In this document: positions 42,805 to 52,949 of the stretch, one piece after another | Numbering within the stretch: position 1 is the first letter of the stretch | Layout of the letters: each line of letters opens with the position of its first letter | NCBI GenBank assembly: GCA_963850305.1 | Contig: CAWKKR010000008.1 | Span: forward strand, 1,632,001 to 1,696,000 | Direction of reading: 5' to 3' | Length of the DNA: 64,000 nt | From: an uncultured delta proteobacterium | GTDB taxonomy: Bacteria; Myxococcota_A; Polyangia; Polyangiales; Polyangiaceae | Made by a program: the position numbers and the translations under genes | The notes under the pieces: generated by a model | Told to the model about the DNA's origin: nothing | Database searches by the model: none | Seen by the model: the letters and a program-made list of their open reading frames with translations, nothing else

Positions 42805-43200
42805 TCAGTTCCTGCCCGAGAGGGCAGGGTGGAATAGAAACTGAATCTGGTTGTCTTCCGGATCGAGCGCGTAGAAGGAGCGGCACCCGTCCCGATGTGT
42901 CTTCGGTGCGGCAGCGATCCGGGCTCCGAGGCGCGCCAGATGTTTTGCCCAAGCGTCGACGTCTTCCGGCGCGTCCACCAGCACGCCGATGTGATCGAGG
43001 CGAGTCTCGCGGCTCGGTTCGCCGGAGTCGACGTGCAAGGCCAGGCTGTCTTCGCCGTTCGTGAGATAGAGATTTTCGGGATCGGGCCGCCACTCTTCGC
43101 GATAGCCGAGCAGGCCCACGTAGAACCTTTCCATCGCAGCGAGGTCACGACACTTGAGCGCCACATGGCGCAGCCCGCGCGTTCGTCGAGGCTCGTTCAT
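42805..43200 (-). CDS. VOC/glyoxalase family protein
   Basis: LRHVAL, FY..LLG, LDHIG, FYALDPEDN. Confidence 0.9.
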   Translation of the reverse strand: MNEPRRTRGLRHVALKCRDLAAMERFYVGLLGYREEWRPDPENLYLTNGEDSLALHVDSGEPSRETRLDHIGVLVDAPEDVDAWAKHLARLGARIAAAPKTHRDGCRSFYALDPEDNQIQFLFHPALSGRN

Positions 43201-43244
43201 GCGGCTTCACATAGCACCGCCGCAAAGGACCGCGCGAACCGGGC

Positions 43245-44663
43245 TCAGTCGCCCGCGAGTTTCTGCTCGATCGCGGCCAGGTGCGCGTTCACCTGCGGGT
43301 CTCGCTGGCGGAGTTGTTCGACGCGACGCACGGCGCTCATGACCGTCGTGTGGTCGCGATTTCCGAACGCGCGCCCGAGCTCCGGAAAACTACATCCGAG
43401 CCGTTGCCGGCAAAGATACATCGCGACGTGGCGCGCGAACGCAACGCTCTTGTGGCGATCTTTGCTGAGCAGCTCCGAGTTCGAGAGGCGGAAGTGGTTG
43501 CAAACAGCCCGCTGGATATCCTCGACGCTGGTCGTCTCGGCTCGTGCCGGTGAGATGGCGGCGATCTCGGCGTTCGCGAAATCGAAGTCGATGCTTCGGC
43601 CGGTGAGAGACGCCTTCGCAGCGAGACGAATGAGGGTTCCTTCGAGCTCTCGTACGTTGGTCTTGATTCGCTGAGCGAGGAGCACGGCGACGTCGTCGCC
43701 GAGCGAAATCCCTTCCAGATGCGCTTTCTTTCGGACGATCGCGACGCGAGTCTCGAGCTCCGGCACGTGGACGTCTGCGACGAGACCGGACGTGAAGCGG
43801 GAAATCAGGCGCTCCGGCATCCGAGCGAGCTCCTGCGGGTACTTGTCGCTCGAAACGATGATCGGCTTGTCCGCGTCGTGCAGGGCGTTGAACGTGTGGA
43901 AGAATTCTTCCTGAGTTTGCTCTCGCCCGGCGAGGAATTGAATGTCGTCGAGGAGGAGAACGTCGCAGCTCGAGCGATATCGGGCCCGAAACTCGTCCAT
44001 CTTGTGATGCTGCAGCGCTTCGATGAATTCGTTCGTGAACCGCTCGGCGGAGACGTACACGACTCGTGCGTCGGGCCTCTTCTCGAGTACCCGATGCGCG
44101 ATGGCGTGCATCAAGTGCGTCTTCCCGAGGCCCGTACCCCCGCACAAGAAGAGAGGGTTATAACGAGGACCGCCCTCGCCCGCGGACGCGCATGCTGCGG
44201 CATAGGCCAGCTCGTTCGACGGCCCGACGACGAAGTTCGGAAAGGTGTGCTTCGCGTTGAGGCTGTCGCCATGAAGGAACCTGCCGGGCGCGCGGGCAAC
44301 CGGAGCCATCGTAGAAGGAGGCCGAGAACGTGGGCCCGATCGTGGATCGCGCGCCGGACAGACCGGGTTGGATAGATCGCTCGAGATGCGCCATTCCACA
44401 CGAAGCGTGTCGGGGGTCTCGACCCCCGCGAGCTCGCGCATGCGTTTCAAGAGCGTCGGCTGGAAGTGCTTCGTCACCCACTCGCGGACGAATTCGTCCC
44501 GGGCGACCAGTGCGACCGTCCCACCGCTGAAGCCGTCGAACTGAACCCCGCAGAACCACTGCTCGAACGTTGCGGGCGACAGCGAGCGCGTATGCTCGAT
44601 CGCTTCCCGCCAGATGTGGAAAGCCTGTGAGGAGCTGTCCTGGGTGCTCAGCGACACGTTCAA
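43245..44663 (-). CDS. dnaA: Chromosomal replication initiator DnaA
   Basis: YNPLFLCGGTGLGKTHL, DDIQFL, QEEFFHTFN, NVRELEG, RDHTTV. Confidence 0.97.
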   Translation of the reverse strand: MNVSLSTQDSSSQAFHIWREAIEHTRSLSPATFEQWFCGVQFDGFSGGTVALVARDEFVREWVTKHFQPTLLKRMRELAGVETPDTLRVEWRISSDLSNPVCPARDPRSGPRSRPPSTMAPVARAPGRFLHGDSLNAKHTFPNFVVGPSNELAYAAACASAGEGGPRYNPLFLCGGTGLGKTHLMHAIAHRVLEKRPDARVVYVSAERFTNEFIEALQHHKMDEFRARYRSSCDVLLLDDIQFLAGREQTQEEFFHTFNALHDADKPIIVSSDKYPQELARMPERLISRFTSGLVADVHVPELETRVAIVRKKAHLEGISLGDDVAVLLAQRIKTNVRELEGTLIRLAAKASLTGRSIDFDFANAEIAAISPARAETTSVEDIQRAVCNHFRLSNSELLSKDRHKSVAFARHVAMYLCRQRLGCSFPELGRAFGNRDHTTVMSAVRRVEQLRQRDPQVNAHLAAIEQKLAGD

Positions 44664-44696
44664 ACGTCACGACTCCAAAGAAGAAATGGCTACGCC

Positions 44697-44726
44697 CACA
44701 GATTGTCCCCAAGTGGACAGTCTGTG
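44697..44726. promoter_or_regulatory. Inverted repeat containing two DnaA-box-like 9-mers upstream of dnaA
   Basis: CACAGATTGTCC-CCAAGT-GGACAGTCTGTG; contains TTGTCCCCA and (reverse complement) CTGTCCACT. Confidence 0.5.
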
Positions 44727-45256
44727 ATCTACGTCCGTCCCCGGATCCAGCCCCGCCCTCGGACGTGCATCGATTCGTCGATCTGAAAAGGACTCGGCAT
44801 CGCGCTAGTTGGAGGAGGGAAGGGTTTCACGCTCGTCGTTCAACGGTCACACGTTCGCAACCTGAGCATGCCCGTCGAACCAACCATCGCCAGCTAGCAC
44901 CGCCTCGTGACGGAACTCAATGGGGTATTTTTTGCCTCGCACGATCTCGCGAAAAATCTCGGACTTCACGTTCCGCTCGTTCGCGCGCGCGACCGATTCG
45001 CGACGCCACGCGTTCTCTCGCGATCAGTAAGTCGTCAGACTTGGGAGAGAAATGGTCGATCGCTCGGAGTAGGCCGTCGCGTTCTCGCGTCAACTTCGGT
45101 GGTTTCCGTCGTCAAGGGGTAACGACCACGCTCGAACGAGGGGGCACATTTGCATGTGGCCGAACGTTTCGGCCCGCAGCTGCGAATTTGTTGCCCGCGT
45201 TTCGCCGTCGAGAGTATCGAGTGCGGGTCGCGGCGCGAGTTCGATCGCGCTCCCCC

Positions 45257-46270
45257 ATGCTGAGAGTTCTCGGAACGTCCAGCACGTCGCGGATCGTCGC
45301 GCGTGCAATCGCGACGACGGCCATCGCCGCCGCCGCGACGGTTGCCAGTGACGCCCGCGCGGACCCGAGTTCGCTCGCTCCCGAGGTGGGTTACAATTAC
45401 GGACAGACCGAGTCGCCCCGGATTGCCGCGATGGGCGGCGCGTTGCGGGCGTTCTCGAACTCGACGGAATCGCTCTTCGAGAATCCGGCGAACATGGCGG
45501 TGACGCGCGTCTACCACATTGCCGCGATCGCGCAGATCTGGCCCGAGGCGGCGCGCCAGAGCTACGGAGCCGCGATCGTCGATTCGATCGTGTCGTCGTC
45601 GCACCTCGCGGGCGGACTGAGCGCCACGTGGACGAGTCAGGATCCGGACGGCGTCGATCGGACGGCGCTCGACGTGCGCTTTGCCCTTGCGTACCCGTTC
45701 TCCGACCACGTGTTTCTCGGTGCGACGGCGCGTTACCTGTCGCTCAAGCAATCCGGCTCCCCCCTCGGTACCTATGATCTGAGTCCGAGCATCGCCGCCG
45801 GAGGGCTATCGGGGAAGCCGATCGTCCAGAATCTCAGCTTCGACGCAGGTCTGACCATCAAGCCCGTCCAAGAGGTCGCGCTATCCGTTGTCGGATACAA
45901 CCTGGGGGACAACGGCCAGGGGTTCATGCCGCTGATGCTCGGCGGCGGCGCCGGTTTCGGCACGCAGGATTTCACGATCGAAGCCGACCTGCTCGGAGAC
46001 TTCACCACCTACGGGACGACCAAGACGCGCGCCATGCTCGGGGGAGAGTACCTCCTGGCAGACCACTTCCCGATTCGCGCAGGCTATCGTTACGACCAGG
46101 GACAACAGAGCCACACGATCGCTGGTGGCCTCGGTTACATCGACAACGCCTACTCCGTCGAGGTCGGGTTCGAGCACAACGTCGTGGGCCCGGCGTCCAC
46201 CGCGATCATCCTCGGATTCAAATATCACGTCGAGAGCCTCGGCCTCGAACCCCAGGACACGGAGCAATGA
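45257..46270 (+). CDS. Putative outer-membrane beta-barrel (FadL/PorV-like)
   Basis: Signal peptide ARA; RIAAMGGA...LFENPANM; IRAGYRYD; amphipathic strands. Confidence 0.7.
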   Translation: MLRVLGTSSTSRIVARAIATTAIAAAATVASDARADPSSLAPEVGYNYGQTESPRIAAMGGALRAFSNSTESLFENPANMAVTRVYHIAAIAQIWPEAARQSYGAAIVDSIVSSSHLAGGLSATWTSQDPDGVDRTALDVRFALAYPFSDHVFLGATARYLSLKQSGSPLGTYDLSPSIAAGGLSGKPIVQNLSFDAGLTIKPVQEVALSVVGYNLGDNGQGFMPLMLGGGAGFGTQDFTIEADLLGDFTTYGTTKTRAMLGGEYLLADHFPIRAGYRYDQGQQSHTIAGGLGYIDNAYSVEVGFEHNVVGPASTAIILGFKYHVESLGLEPQDTEQ

Positions 46271-46303
46271 CGCGGCTCCCTTCGTCGTAGGTTCGAATCT
46301 CGC

Positions 46304-47644
46304 TCAACCCAGCGCGTGTGCAAGGTCGGCGTAGAGAGCATCTCCTGCTTCGATCAGCGCGGCGTCGCTCGTTTGCGATTCGGGAGGGAGGTGCGCCTCG
46401 TCGCGGAGTTGCTCGACCGCGCGCGGGTTCCGGTAGAAGTCCTCGTCGTGCGTGTCACGCAGCCTCCTGCCAAAGGACGACGACAGGAGCAAGCCCGCGA
46501 ACCGCTGCGGGTCGTCCGAATGAAGTCGGAACACCGCGCCCGCCACGTTCGGCGGTAACCTCACGCCGAACGCGCGGACCACGCCGTCCTCGAACGACTC
46601 CGCGAAGCTTCGTCGTCCCTCGAGTGCGGCCTTGCGCAGCAGGACGCGCAAGGCGGCCGCCCTCGATTCGATCAGAAGGGCCGTCGCGAACACGCGCACG
46701 TGGTCGCGGAGCTTCGCCGTGTCCACGGCGAGGGCTCGCCGGGCGAAGCTGGATTCCGCGGGTAATCGGCCGAGGAGCGCCCCGAACAAGCGACGCCGCA
46801 GGCCATAGGGATCGTGCGCGACGACGAACGGTTGATCGTGCGGCGCGGTCGCGTCCACCCAGGCCGCGCCGACGCGAGCGAGGGCGCGCGACAAACTCGT
46901 CGGGCCTCGCATCGCCGGAAGCTTGCCGGGATCCAGATCCACTCCGGAGAACAGGGCCGAATCGCGGAAGAGGTCGAGGAGCGTGCGCGGCAAGAGCCGG
47001 CTCGGCGAGCCCTCCTTTGCGGTCTCTGCTAGCGCGAGACCGATGAGCTCCGCGAGCGTTCGCTCGGCCGAGCCATCGAGCATGTCTTGCGTCCGGTCCA
47101 GCCAGCGCGAAGCTGCCGGGGCGACGTCCAGGCCCGGGCTCTCGATCGCGTCTGGACCTGGGAGAGCCATGCGCAGCGCGACTTCCTGACGCCGCTCCCA
47201 CAACAGCGCCACGGCTCGACCGGTATCACCGCTCATACGCACGAACGAACGAAGCCATTCGGCTCGTCGCCCCGGTTCGGCGAAGGCGAGGCCGAGCATC
47301 GACGATGTCGAGAGCCTCGCGTGTTCCGGTTCGGACACGACCCGTGCCCGGTGACGCTCGGATGCGATCTGCACCAGCGCCGCGCGATCGATCCGCTGCT
47401 CCGCCAGGCGATAGACCCAGCGCAGCAAGCGCGAGCGGAGAGGATCCGACTCCGGCATCCCGCGAATCGCGAGAAACGCAGAGCGCCCCGCGATGGTCCG
47501 CGCGGCCCAGAACGGATCCTCGTCCAGGCCGTCGCCATCGCGGAGTCGCCTTCTCCATCCACGCACGGCCCTCGCAGCGCTCGCGATCTCCCGGTCGAGC
47601 CTCAACGGATCCAGCTCTTCGAGATCGCGTTCGGTGAGCGCCAC
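46304..47644 (-). CDS. Hypothetical helical protein; weak M3-peptidase-like C-terminus, no HExxH
   Basis: 446-aa ORF; C-terminal LRDTHDEDFYRNPRA. Confidence 0.6.
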   Translation of the reverse strand: MALTERDLEELDPLRLDREIASAARAVRGWRRRLRDGDGLDEDPFWAARTIAGRSAFLAIRGMPESDPLRSRLLRWVYRLAEQRIDRAALVQIASERHRARVVSEPEHARLSTSSMLGLAFAEPGRRAEWLRSFVRMSGDTGRAVALLWERRQEVALRMALPGPDAIESPGLDVAPAASRWLDRTQDMLDGSAERTLAELIGLALAETAKEGSPSRLLPRTLLDLFRDSALFSGVDLDPGKLPAMRGPTSLSRALARVGAAWVDATAPHDQPFVVAHDPYGLRRRLFGALLGRLPAESSFARRALAVDTAKLRDHVRVFATALLIESRAAALRVLLRKAALEGRRSFAESFEDGVVRAFGVRLPPNVAGAVFRLHSDDPQRFAGLLLSSSFGRRLRDTHDEDFYRNPRAVEQLRDEAHLPPESQTSDAALIEAGDALYADLAHALG

Positions 47645-47688
47645 GGCGACGAGTGTATCCGACGTTCTGCCGTGGAATACTCCGTCCG

Positions 47689-48096
47689 GTGCGGAAGCTC
47701 CCGGTGCTCCAGGACGCGACGACCGACGACGCGCTCGCGGCGTCGCGACCCCCGTGGCAATGGGTGCTCATCGGCGCCGGGTTTGCGCTCACTCTCTGGG
47801 CGCCACTCGCCGCCATTGCCGTGCCACTGATTCCCAGACTCGGCGCGCTGCCGGTACTCCTGTCGTTCGGGATCGCGGCGGGTACGGCGGGTGGGTTCGT
47901 CGGGCGCTTCGGGGGGCGCGCTCGTCGTCGCGAGGCGGCCCTGTCGGGTCTCGTCGCCGCGGCCGCCGCGGCTGCTCTCGCGGTGCTCGGGGCGCGCTTT
48001 TCCTCGGTGGAAGCGCTCGCGGGGTTCGCGGTGCTCGGGGCGACCGGGGCCGTTTTTGCCGGGGCGGGCGCCCGATTCGGGCTCCGAAGACGCTGA
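47689..48096 (+). CDS. Small integral membrane protein
   Basis: About 4 hydrophobic segments; GTG start. Confidence 0.65.
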   Translation: MRKLPVLQDATTDDALAASRPPWQWVLIGAGFALTLWAPLAAIAVPLIPRLGALPVLLSFGIAAGTAGGFVGRFGGRARRREAALSGLVAAAAAAALAVLGARFSSVEALAGFAVLGATGAVFAGAGARFGLRRR

Positions 48097-48146
48097 TCCT
48101 GACGGTCTCCCGGCGGGACCGCCGTGCTGATGCTAGATTCGACGCG

Positions 48147-48773
48147 ATGAAAGCAATCGACGACGAGCTGACCAAGGCCGTCGAGGACTCCGAGGCCGAC
48201 GAAGCGTCGCGCCCCGTCGTCATGCCGGAGTCGCCGCCGCCGCCGGGACGTCAGCCGCGACGGGAGCTCCCGTTGCTGATCGCGCTACTCGTCATCGCCG
48301 GCGCCATCGTCGCGCTCGTCATGACCAACCTGAACGACGCGGCGATCTACTCGAAGAGCGTCGATCAGGTCGTCGGTCACGAGGAAGCGCTCGGCAACCG
48401 GAACCTCCGCGTCCAGGGCACTCTCGTCAAAGGCACCCTCGTGCGCCGTGACTCTCCCTGCGAGTACCGGTTCCGGATGAAGAAGAACGGCGCGGAAATC
48501 GAGGTGCGGTATCCACAATGCGTCGTGCCGGACACGTTTCGCGATATTCCGACCATGGACGTGGACGTGACCGCGACCGGAAAGCTCGCCGCGGACGGGC
48601 ACTTTCAGGCGACCGAGATCATGGCGAAGTGTCCGTCCAAGTACGACATGAGGAAGCGCGAAGCGGCGGGGCAACAGATGCCGCACGGCATGCTGTCGTC
48701 CACGGGGCTCACGCCGGCTTCCGTGCCCGCGGCGCTGGCGCCGGCTTCCGCGCCCGCGGCGCCTTCCTACTAG
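48147..48773 (+). CDS. ccmE: Heme chaperone CcmE, CxxxY variant
   Basis: Single TM, LRVQG, VPDTF, FQATEIMAKCPSKY. Confidence 0.9.
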   Translation: MKAIDDELTKAVEDSEADEASRPVVMPESPPPPGRQPRRELPLLIALLVIAGAIVALVMTNLNDAAIYSKSVDQVVGHEEALGNRNLRVQGTLVKGTLVRRDSPCEYRFRMKKNGAEIEVRYPQCVVPDTFRDIPTMDVDVTATGKLAADGHFQATEIMAKCPSKYDMRKREAAGQQMPHGMLSSTGLTPASVPAALAPASAPAAPSY

Positions 48774-48777
48774 TCTC

Positions 48778-49806
48778 ATGTGGGATCGATTCCTGCGCGC
48801 GTGTCGCCGCGAGCCTGTGGACGTGACGCCCGTGTGGTTCATGCGCCAGGCGGGACGCTACATGGCCGAGTACCGGGCGATCCGCGAGCGGCACACGCTG
48901 CTCGACATCTGCAAGCAGCCCGAGCTCGCGACGGAAGTGACGCTTCAGCCCGTCCGCGCTCTGGGCGTGGACGCGGCGATCCTCTTCGCGGACATCCTCT
49001 TGCCGCTCGAGCCTATGGGCGCTCCCTTCGAGTTCGCGGCAGGAGAAGGCCCGCGCTTCCTCGAACCCGTGCGCGATCGTGCCGCCGTCGACGGGCTCCG
49101 TCTCATCGATCCGGAGGAGAGTCTCGCCTATGTGCTCGCTGCGATCCGGATGATCCGCGCGGAGCTCGACGGCAAGACGCCGCTCATCGGGTTTGCCGGA
49201 GCGCCATTCACCCTCGCAAGCTATCTGATCGAGGGCGGGAAGAGTGCGAACTACGCGACGACGAAGCGGCTCATGTATCGAGAGCCCGAGACGTGGCACG
49301 CGCTCATGAAGAAGCTTTCGGAGGTCGTGCGCCGCTATCTCCGGGCGCAGGTCGTCGCGGGCGCGCAGGCGGTACAGCTCTTCGATTCCTGGGTGGGGGA
49401 GCTCTCGCCCGTGGACTACGAGGAATACATCCTGCCGCACGTGCGCCACATCCTGTCGGACGTGGAGCGACTCGGCGTTCCGGTCATTCACTTCGGCACG
49501 GGTACGGCCATGTTGCTCGAGCTCCAGAAGCGCGCGGGCGGCAGCGTCATCGGTATCGACACGTACACGCCCCTCGACTGGGCCCGCCAGCGTCTCGGAC
49601 CGGGGGTTGCCGTGCAGGGGAATCTCGAGCCGCTCCTGCTCGGCGCTCCGAAGGACCTACTCGCGCGTCGCGTCGATGACGTCCTTCGCTCCGCAGGTTC
49701 CGCGCCGGGACACGTCTTCAATCTCGGACACGGTATCTTGCCCGACACGTCGCCGGACTCCGTGAAGTACGTCGTGGAGCTCGTGCACACCCGCACCGCT
49801 CGCTGA
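48778..49806 (+). CDS. hemE: Uroporphyrinogen decarboxylase
   Basis: PVWFMRQAGRY, IGFAGAPFTLASY, FNLGHG. Confidence 0.97.
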   Translation: MWDRFLRACRREPVDVTPVWFMRQAGRYMAEYRAIRERHTLLDICKQPELATEVTLQPVRALGVDAAILFADILLPLEPMGAPFEFAAGEGPRFLEPVRDRAAVDGLRLIDPEESLAYVLAAIRMIRAELDGKTPLIGFAGAPFTLASYLIEGGKSANYATTKRLMYREPETWHALMKKLSEVVRRYLRAQVVAGAQAVQLFDSWVGELSPVDYEEYILPHVRHILSDVERLGVPVIHFGTGTAMLLELQKRAGGSVIGIDTYTPLDWARQRLGPGVAVQGNLEPLLLGAPKDLLARRVDDVLRSAGSAPGHVFNLGHGILPDTSPDSVKYVVELVHTRTAR

Positions 49807-49814
49807 CCGGGACG

Positions 49815-51296
49815 ATGCATTCCCTCTCACGACCCATGACGAGCCGCGAGGGGCCTCGCGTCGTCGTGGTCGGAGGCGGCATCACGGGTCTCTCGGCCGC
49901 GTATGCCGTGCATCGTGCGCGGCCCGACGTCGCGCTCGAGCTATTCGAGGAACGCGAGAGCCTCGGCGGGAACATCCGTACCGAGCGACACGGGGACTAT
50001 CTCGTCGATGCCGGACCGGACTCGTTCATCCGGACCAAACCGGAGGCGCTCACCCTCTGTCGCGAGCTAGGCCTCGAGTCTCTACTCGTGCCCACCAAAC
50101 CTGAAGCTCGTCATGTCTACGTCGCCAGCGCCGGAAGGCTCGAGCTGATGCCCGGCGGAATGGCCCTCGCGGTGCCCACGCGTCTCGAGCCGCTGATGAA
50201 GACCCGGCTGCTCAGCTTGTCGGGCAAGCTCCGGATGCTGGCCGAGCCTTTCGTTCCGCGAGCGGACTTCGACTCCGATGAATCGATCGAGTCGTTCTTC
50301 ACGAGGCGCGTCGGCAAGGAGGGCGCGCGCCGGCTCGCCGGGCCGCTCCTCGGGGGGATCTACGCGGGGAACGTCGCGCAGCTCAGCATCCGTTCGACGT
50401 TTCCGCAGCTCGTCGAGCTCGAGCGCGAGCACGGTAGCTTGCTCCGTGGATTCTTCGCCGCGGAAATGGAACGCGCCGGCACACCGAAGAAGATCGGGCG
50501 TCGCGAGCTCCTCGAGTGGCTACGGCGAACCGGGGATGCGCGCGCGGCGAGCCCGTTCGCGTCGTTTCGCGGCGGCATGAGCACGCTCATCGACGCCCTT
50601 CGACGAACGCTACCGAGCGACGCCGTGCACGCCGCGTCGAAGGTCGATCACGTCCGCCGGTTGCCGAACGGGGCCTGGCAAGTCGAGATGCCGGAGCGGG
50701 CCGTCATCGCCGACGCCGTCATCGTGACCACCCCCGCTCACGTCGCATCGCGTCTGATCGCCGACGATGTCGTGTCCGCGGAGCTCGCGGGCATCCGATA
50801 CGTGTCGACCGCCACGGTGTTCTTCGGTCTTGAGCGCCGCCGCGTCGAGCATGGCCTCGATGGCTTCGGCTTCATCGTGCCGCCGGGAGAAGCGGAAATC
50901 CTCGCGAGCACGTGGGTCTCGAGCAAGTGGGACGATCGGGCGCCGAGCGACGGCGCGCTCGTCCGAGCCTTCGTCGGAGGGTCGCGCGATCCCGACCGCG
51001 TCGAGGCGTCGAGCGACGCGGAGCTCATCGACCTCGCGCGCTCCGAGCTCGAGCGATTCATGGGCCCCCTCGGTCCCGCGCGCTTCACGGCCGTGTTCCG
51101 TTACGCCGGCGCAAACCCACAGCCCGTCGTGGGCCACGGTGCGCTCCTCGGCCGTCTTCGCGAACGGCTCGAGGCGCTGCCCGGCCTTCACCTCGCTGGC
51201 GCCGCATACGAAGGAGTCGGCATTCCCGATTGCATCCGCCAGGCGCGCGTGGCGGCCGAGGCCGCCCTTCGACACGTTCCCGCACCTGCGGCGTGA
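49815..51296 (+). CDS. hemG: Protoporphyrinogen/coproporphyrinogen oxidase (HemY type)
   Basis: VGGGITGLSAA, GPDSF, GIYAG, GVGIPDCI. Confidence 0.93.
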   Translation: MHSLSRPMTSREGPRVVVVGGGITGLSAAYAVHRARPDVALELFEERESLGGNIRTERHGDYLVDAGPDSFIRTKPEALTLCRELGLESLLVPTKPEARHVYVASAGRLELMPGGMALAVPTRLEPLMKTRLLSLSGKLRMLAEPFVPRADFDSDESIESFFTRRVGKEGARRLAGPLLGGIYAGNVAQLSIRSTFPQLVELEREHGSLLRGFFAAEMERAGTPKKIGRRELLEWLRRTGDARAASPFASFRGGMSTLIDALRRTLPSDAVHAASKVDHVRRLPNGAWQVEMPERAVIADAVIVTTPAHVASRLIADDVVSAELAGIRYVSTATVFFGLERRRVEHGLDGFGFIVPPGEAEILASTWVSSKWDDRAPSDGALVRAFVGGSRDPDRVEASSDAELIDLARSELERFMGPLGPARFTAVFRYAGANPQPVVGHGALLGRLRERLEALPGLHLAGAAYEGVGIPDCIRQARVAAEAALRHVPAPAA

Positions 51297-51359
51297 AGTG
51301 CGAGCCGCAAAATCGCGGGCGAGACAGCCGGCGGTTTTGCTAAGCTCCGCGCCCGCTCC

Positions 51360-51430
51360 TCCGGTGTCGTTCAAGGGCAGGACAAGGGACTTTGAATCCC
51401 TGAATCGTGGTTCGATTCCACGCGCCGGAA
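51360..51430 (+). tRNA. tRNA-Gln (TTG), CCA not encoded
   Basis: Acceptor TCCGGTG/CGCCGGA with U1-A72; anticodon arm AGGGA-CTTTGAA-TCCCT; T arm CGTGG-TTCGATT-CCACG. Confidence 0.95.
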
Positions 51431-51595
51431 CCGTCGATTCATGAACGATCGCCCTTCATTTCGGGTCTTCTCGAACGACGGCCACATGCTTCGCTGGCCC
51501 TGACGGCCTGCAGCGCCCTCGTCCTCCGCTACCATCCCCGCGTTTCAGCCGGGCTATCCTGCTCGCTCGTACCTACTCGTGTCTTCTCGTGGCCC

Positions 51596-52624
51596 TCACA
51601 TCTCGTCGCTCAGCGTGTCGAAGGCCCTCCGGCCCTTCTCCGTGGTCGGCGTGTAGCCGTCGGGATTGATCTTTGGCGTCGCGCCCTGCACGGGCTTCCC
51701 GGCGAGGAACGCGTCGAGATCGGCGAGCAGCGCCGTCATCGACGCGTAGCGATTGTCCGGGTGCTTGCGGGTCGCCGAGAGCACGATCGGATCGACGCGC
51801 GGGTCGAGATCGTCCACGAGCCACGAGGGAGGCGGCAGCGGGCTCATGAGATGGTGGGTGAGGATGCTCTGGTTGGCGCACGCATCGAAGGGGAGCTCTC
51901 CCGTGATGCACCGGAAGAGCACGACGCCGAGCGAGTAGACATCGGCGCGAAAATCCGTCGTCTCGGCGACCGCTTGCTCGGGTGCGATGTACTCGATGGT
52001 GCCGAGCACGTTGCGCTCTTCGGTGAGCGGCCCTTCGATGCGCTGGGAGAAGCCGAAGTCGATGACTTTCACGGCGACCCCGTGGCGATCGACGTCGCAC
52101 AGGAAGAGATTGTCGGGCTTCACGTCGCGATGGACGTAGCCCGCGCGATGGACGGCCGCGAGCCCCCGCGCGGCCTCCCTCACCAGGCCGAACGCTTCGA
52201 GGAAGGGGAGTCTCTTCACGTCGCGGAGCTTGTCTCCGAGCGTCTCGCCGACCAGCGCTTCCGTTGCCATGAATGGCTCTCCCCATGCGCTCGTGCCGGC
52301 GTCGAGGATGCGCGCCACGTTCGCGTGCGCGACGCCGCAGCCCACCGCGAGCTCCGCGTCGAAGCGCTCGCGGGTCGCGAACGGCGTGGTGCCATACGGC
52401 GGGATGACCTTGACTGCGACGTAGGCGTTCGTCCGCTCATCGCGCGCGAGAAACACACGGCTCGCCGACCCCTTGCCGAGCGGCTCGAGCAAGAGATAGC
52501 GGCTCACGAGGCGATCACCGAGAAAGGTGCGCTGAGGTGCGCCCTCCACGCTGGAGCTCGGCGCGAGGAACGCGCTCGGAGTCAGACTTCTCATGGAAGT
52601 CGAAAGCGTATCATCTCCGTCCAT
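51596..52624 (-). CDS. Ser/Thr protein kinase; true start may be 52712
   Basis: VAVK, HRDVKPDN, DFG, GTIEYIAPE, DVYSLG. Confidence 0.93.
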   Translation of the reverse strand: MDGDDTLSTSMRSLTPSAFLAPSSSVEGAPQRTFLGDRLVSRYLLLEPLGKGSASRVFLARDERTNAYVAVKVIPPYGTTPFATRERFDAELAVGCGVAHANVARILDAGTSAWGEPFMATEALVGETLGDKLRDVKRLPFLEAFGLVREAARGLAAVHRAGYVHRDVKPDNLFLCDVDRHGVAVKVIDFGFSQRIEGPLTEERNVLGTIEYIAPEQAVAETTDFRADVYSLGVVLFRCITGELPFDACANQSILTHHLMSPLPPPSWLVDDLDPRVDPIVLSATRKHPDNRYASMTALLADLDAFLAGKPVQGATPKINPDGYTPTTEKGRRAFDTLSDEM

Positions 52625-52737
52625 TGCTTTCCAAAGAGGGCTCTCCCAGGCAGCAACGTGAGGCGAGAAGCGGGGCTCAGAGGCCGATCTTGTGGGACCT
52701 GAGTTGGTTCATGGCGAAACCTCCGTCGTGCCCTCAT

Positions 52738-52753
52738 CGCAAGCCGCGTGCCG
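52738..52753 (-). promoter_or_regulatory. Sigma-54 promoter upstream of the kinase
   Basis: Minus strand CGGCACG-CGGC-TTGCG, near consensus. Confidence 0.75.
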
Positions 52754-52949
52754 GGCATCGTCGGCGCGAAATCCTGCTGAATCCCGTCGAGGGAGGTTTC
52801 ATCGGGTGCAGCAAGGAACGTTCACTGCAGTCCCCTCACTGCACGGGCGCGCGGCGCCCTCAGAACGACTGACCCTTGCGATTCGATTCCCAGGGTTCGC
52901 GAACGCGGCAGCGCTGGGAGACGTCCGGCGTCCCCTCGCGAACAGTTCC

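Noticed and set aside
46285..46303. GGTTCGAATC T-loop-like sequence
   Set aside because: No cloverleaf can form, and the intergenic gap is only about 33 bp.
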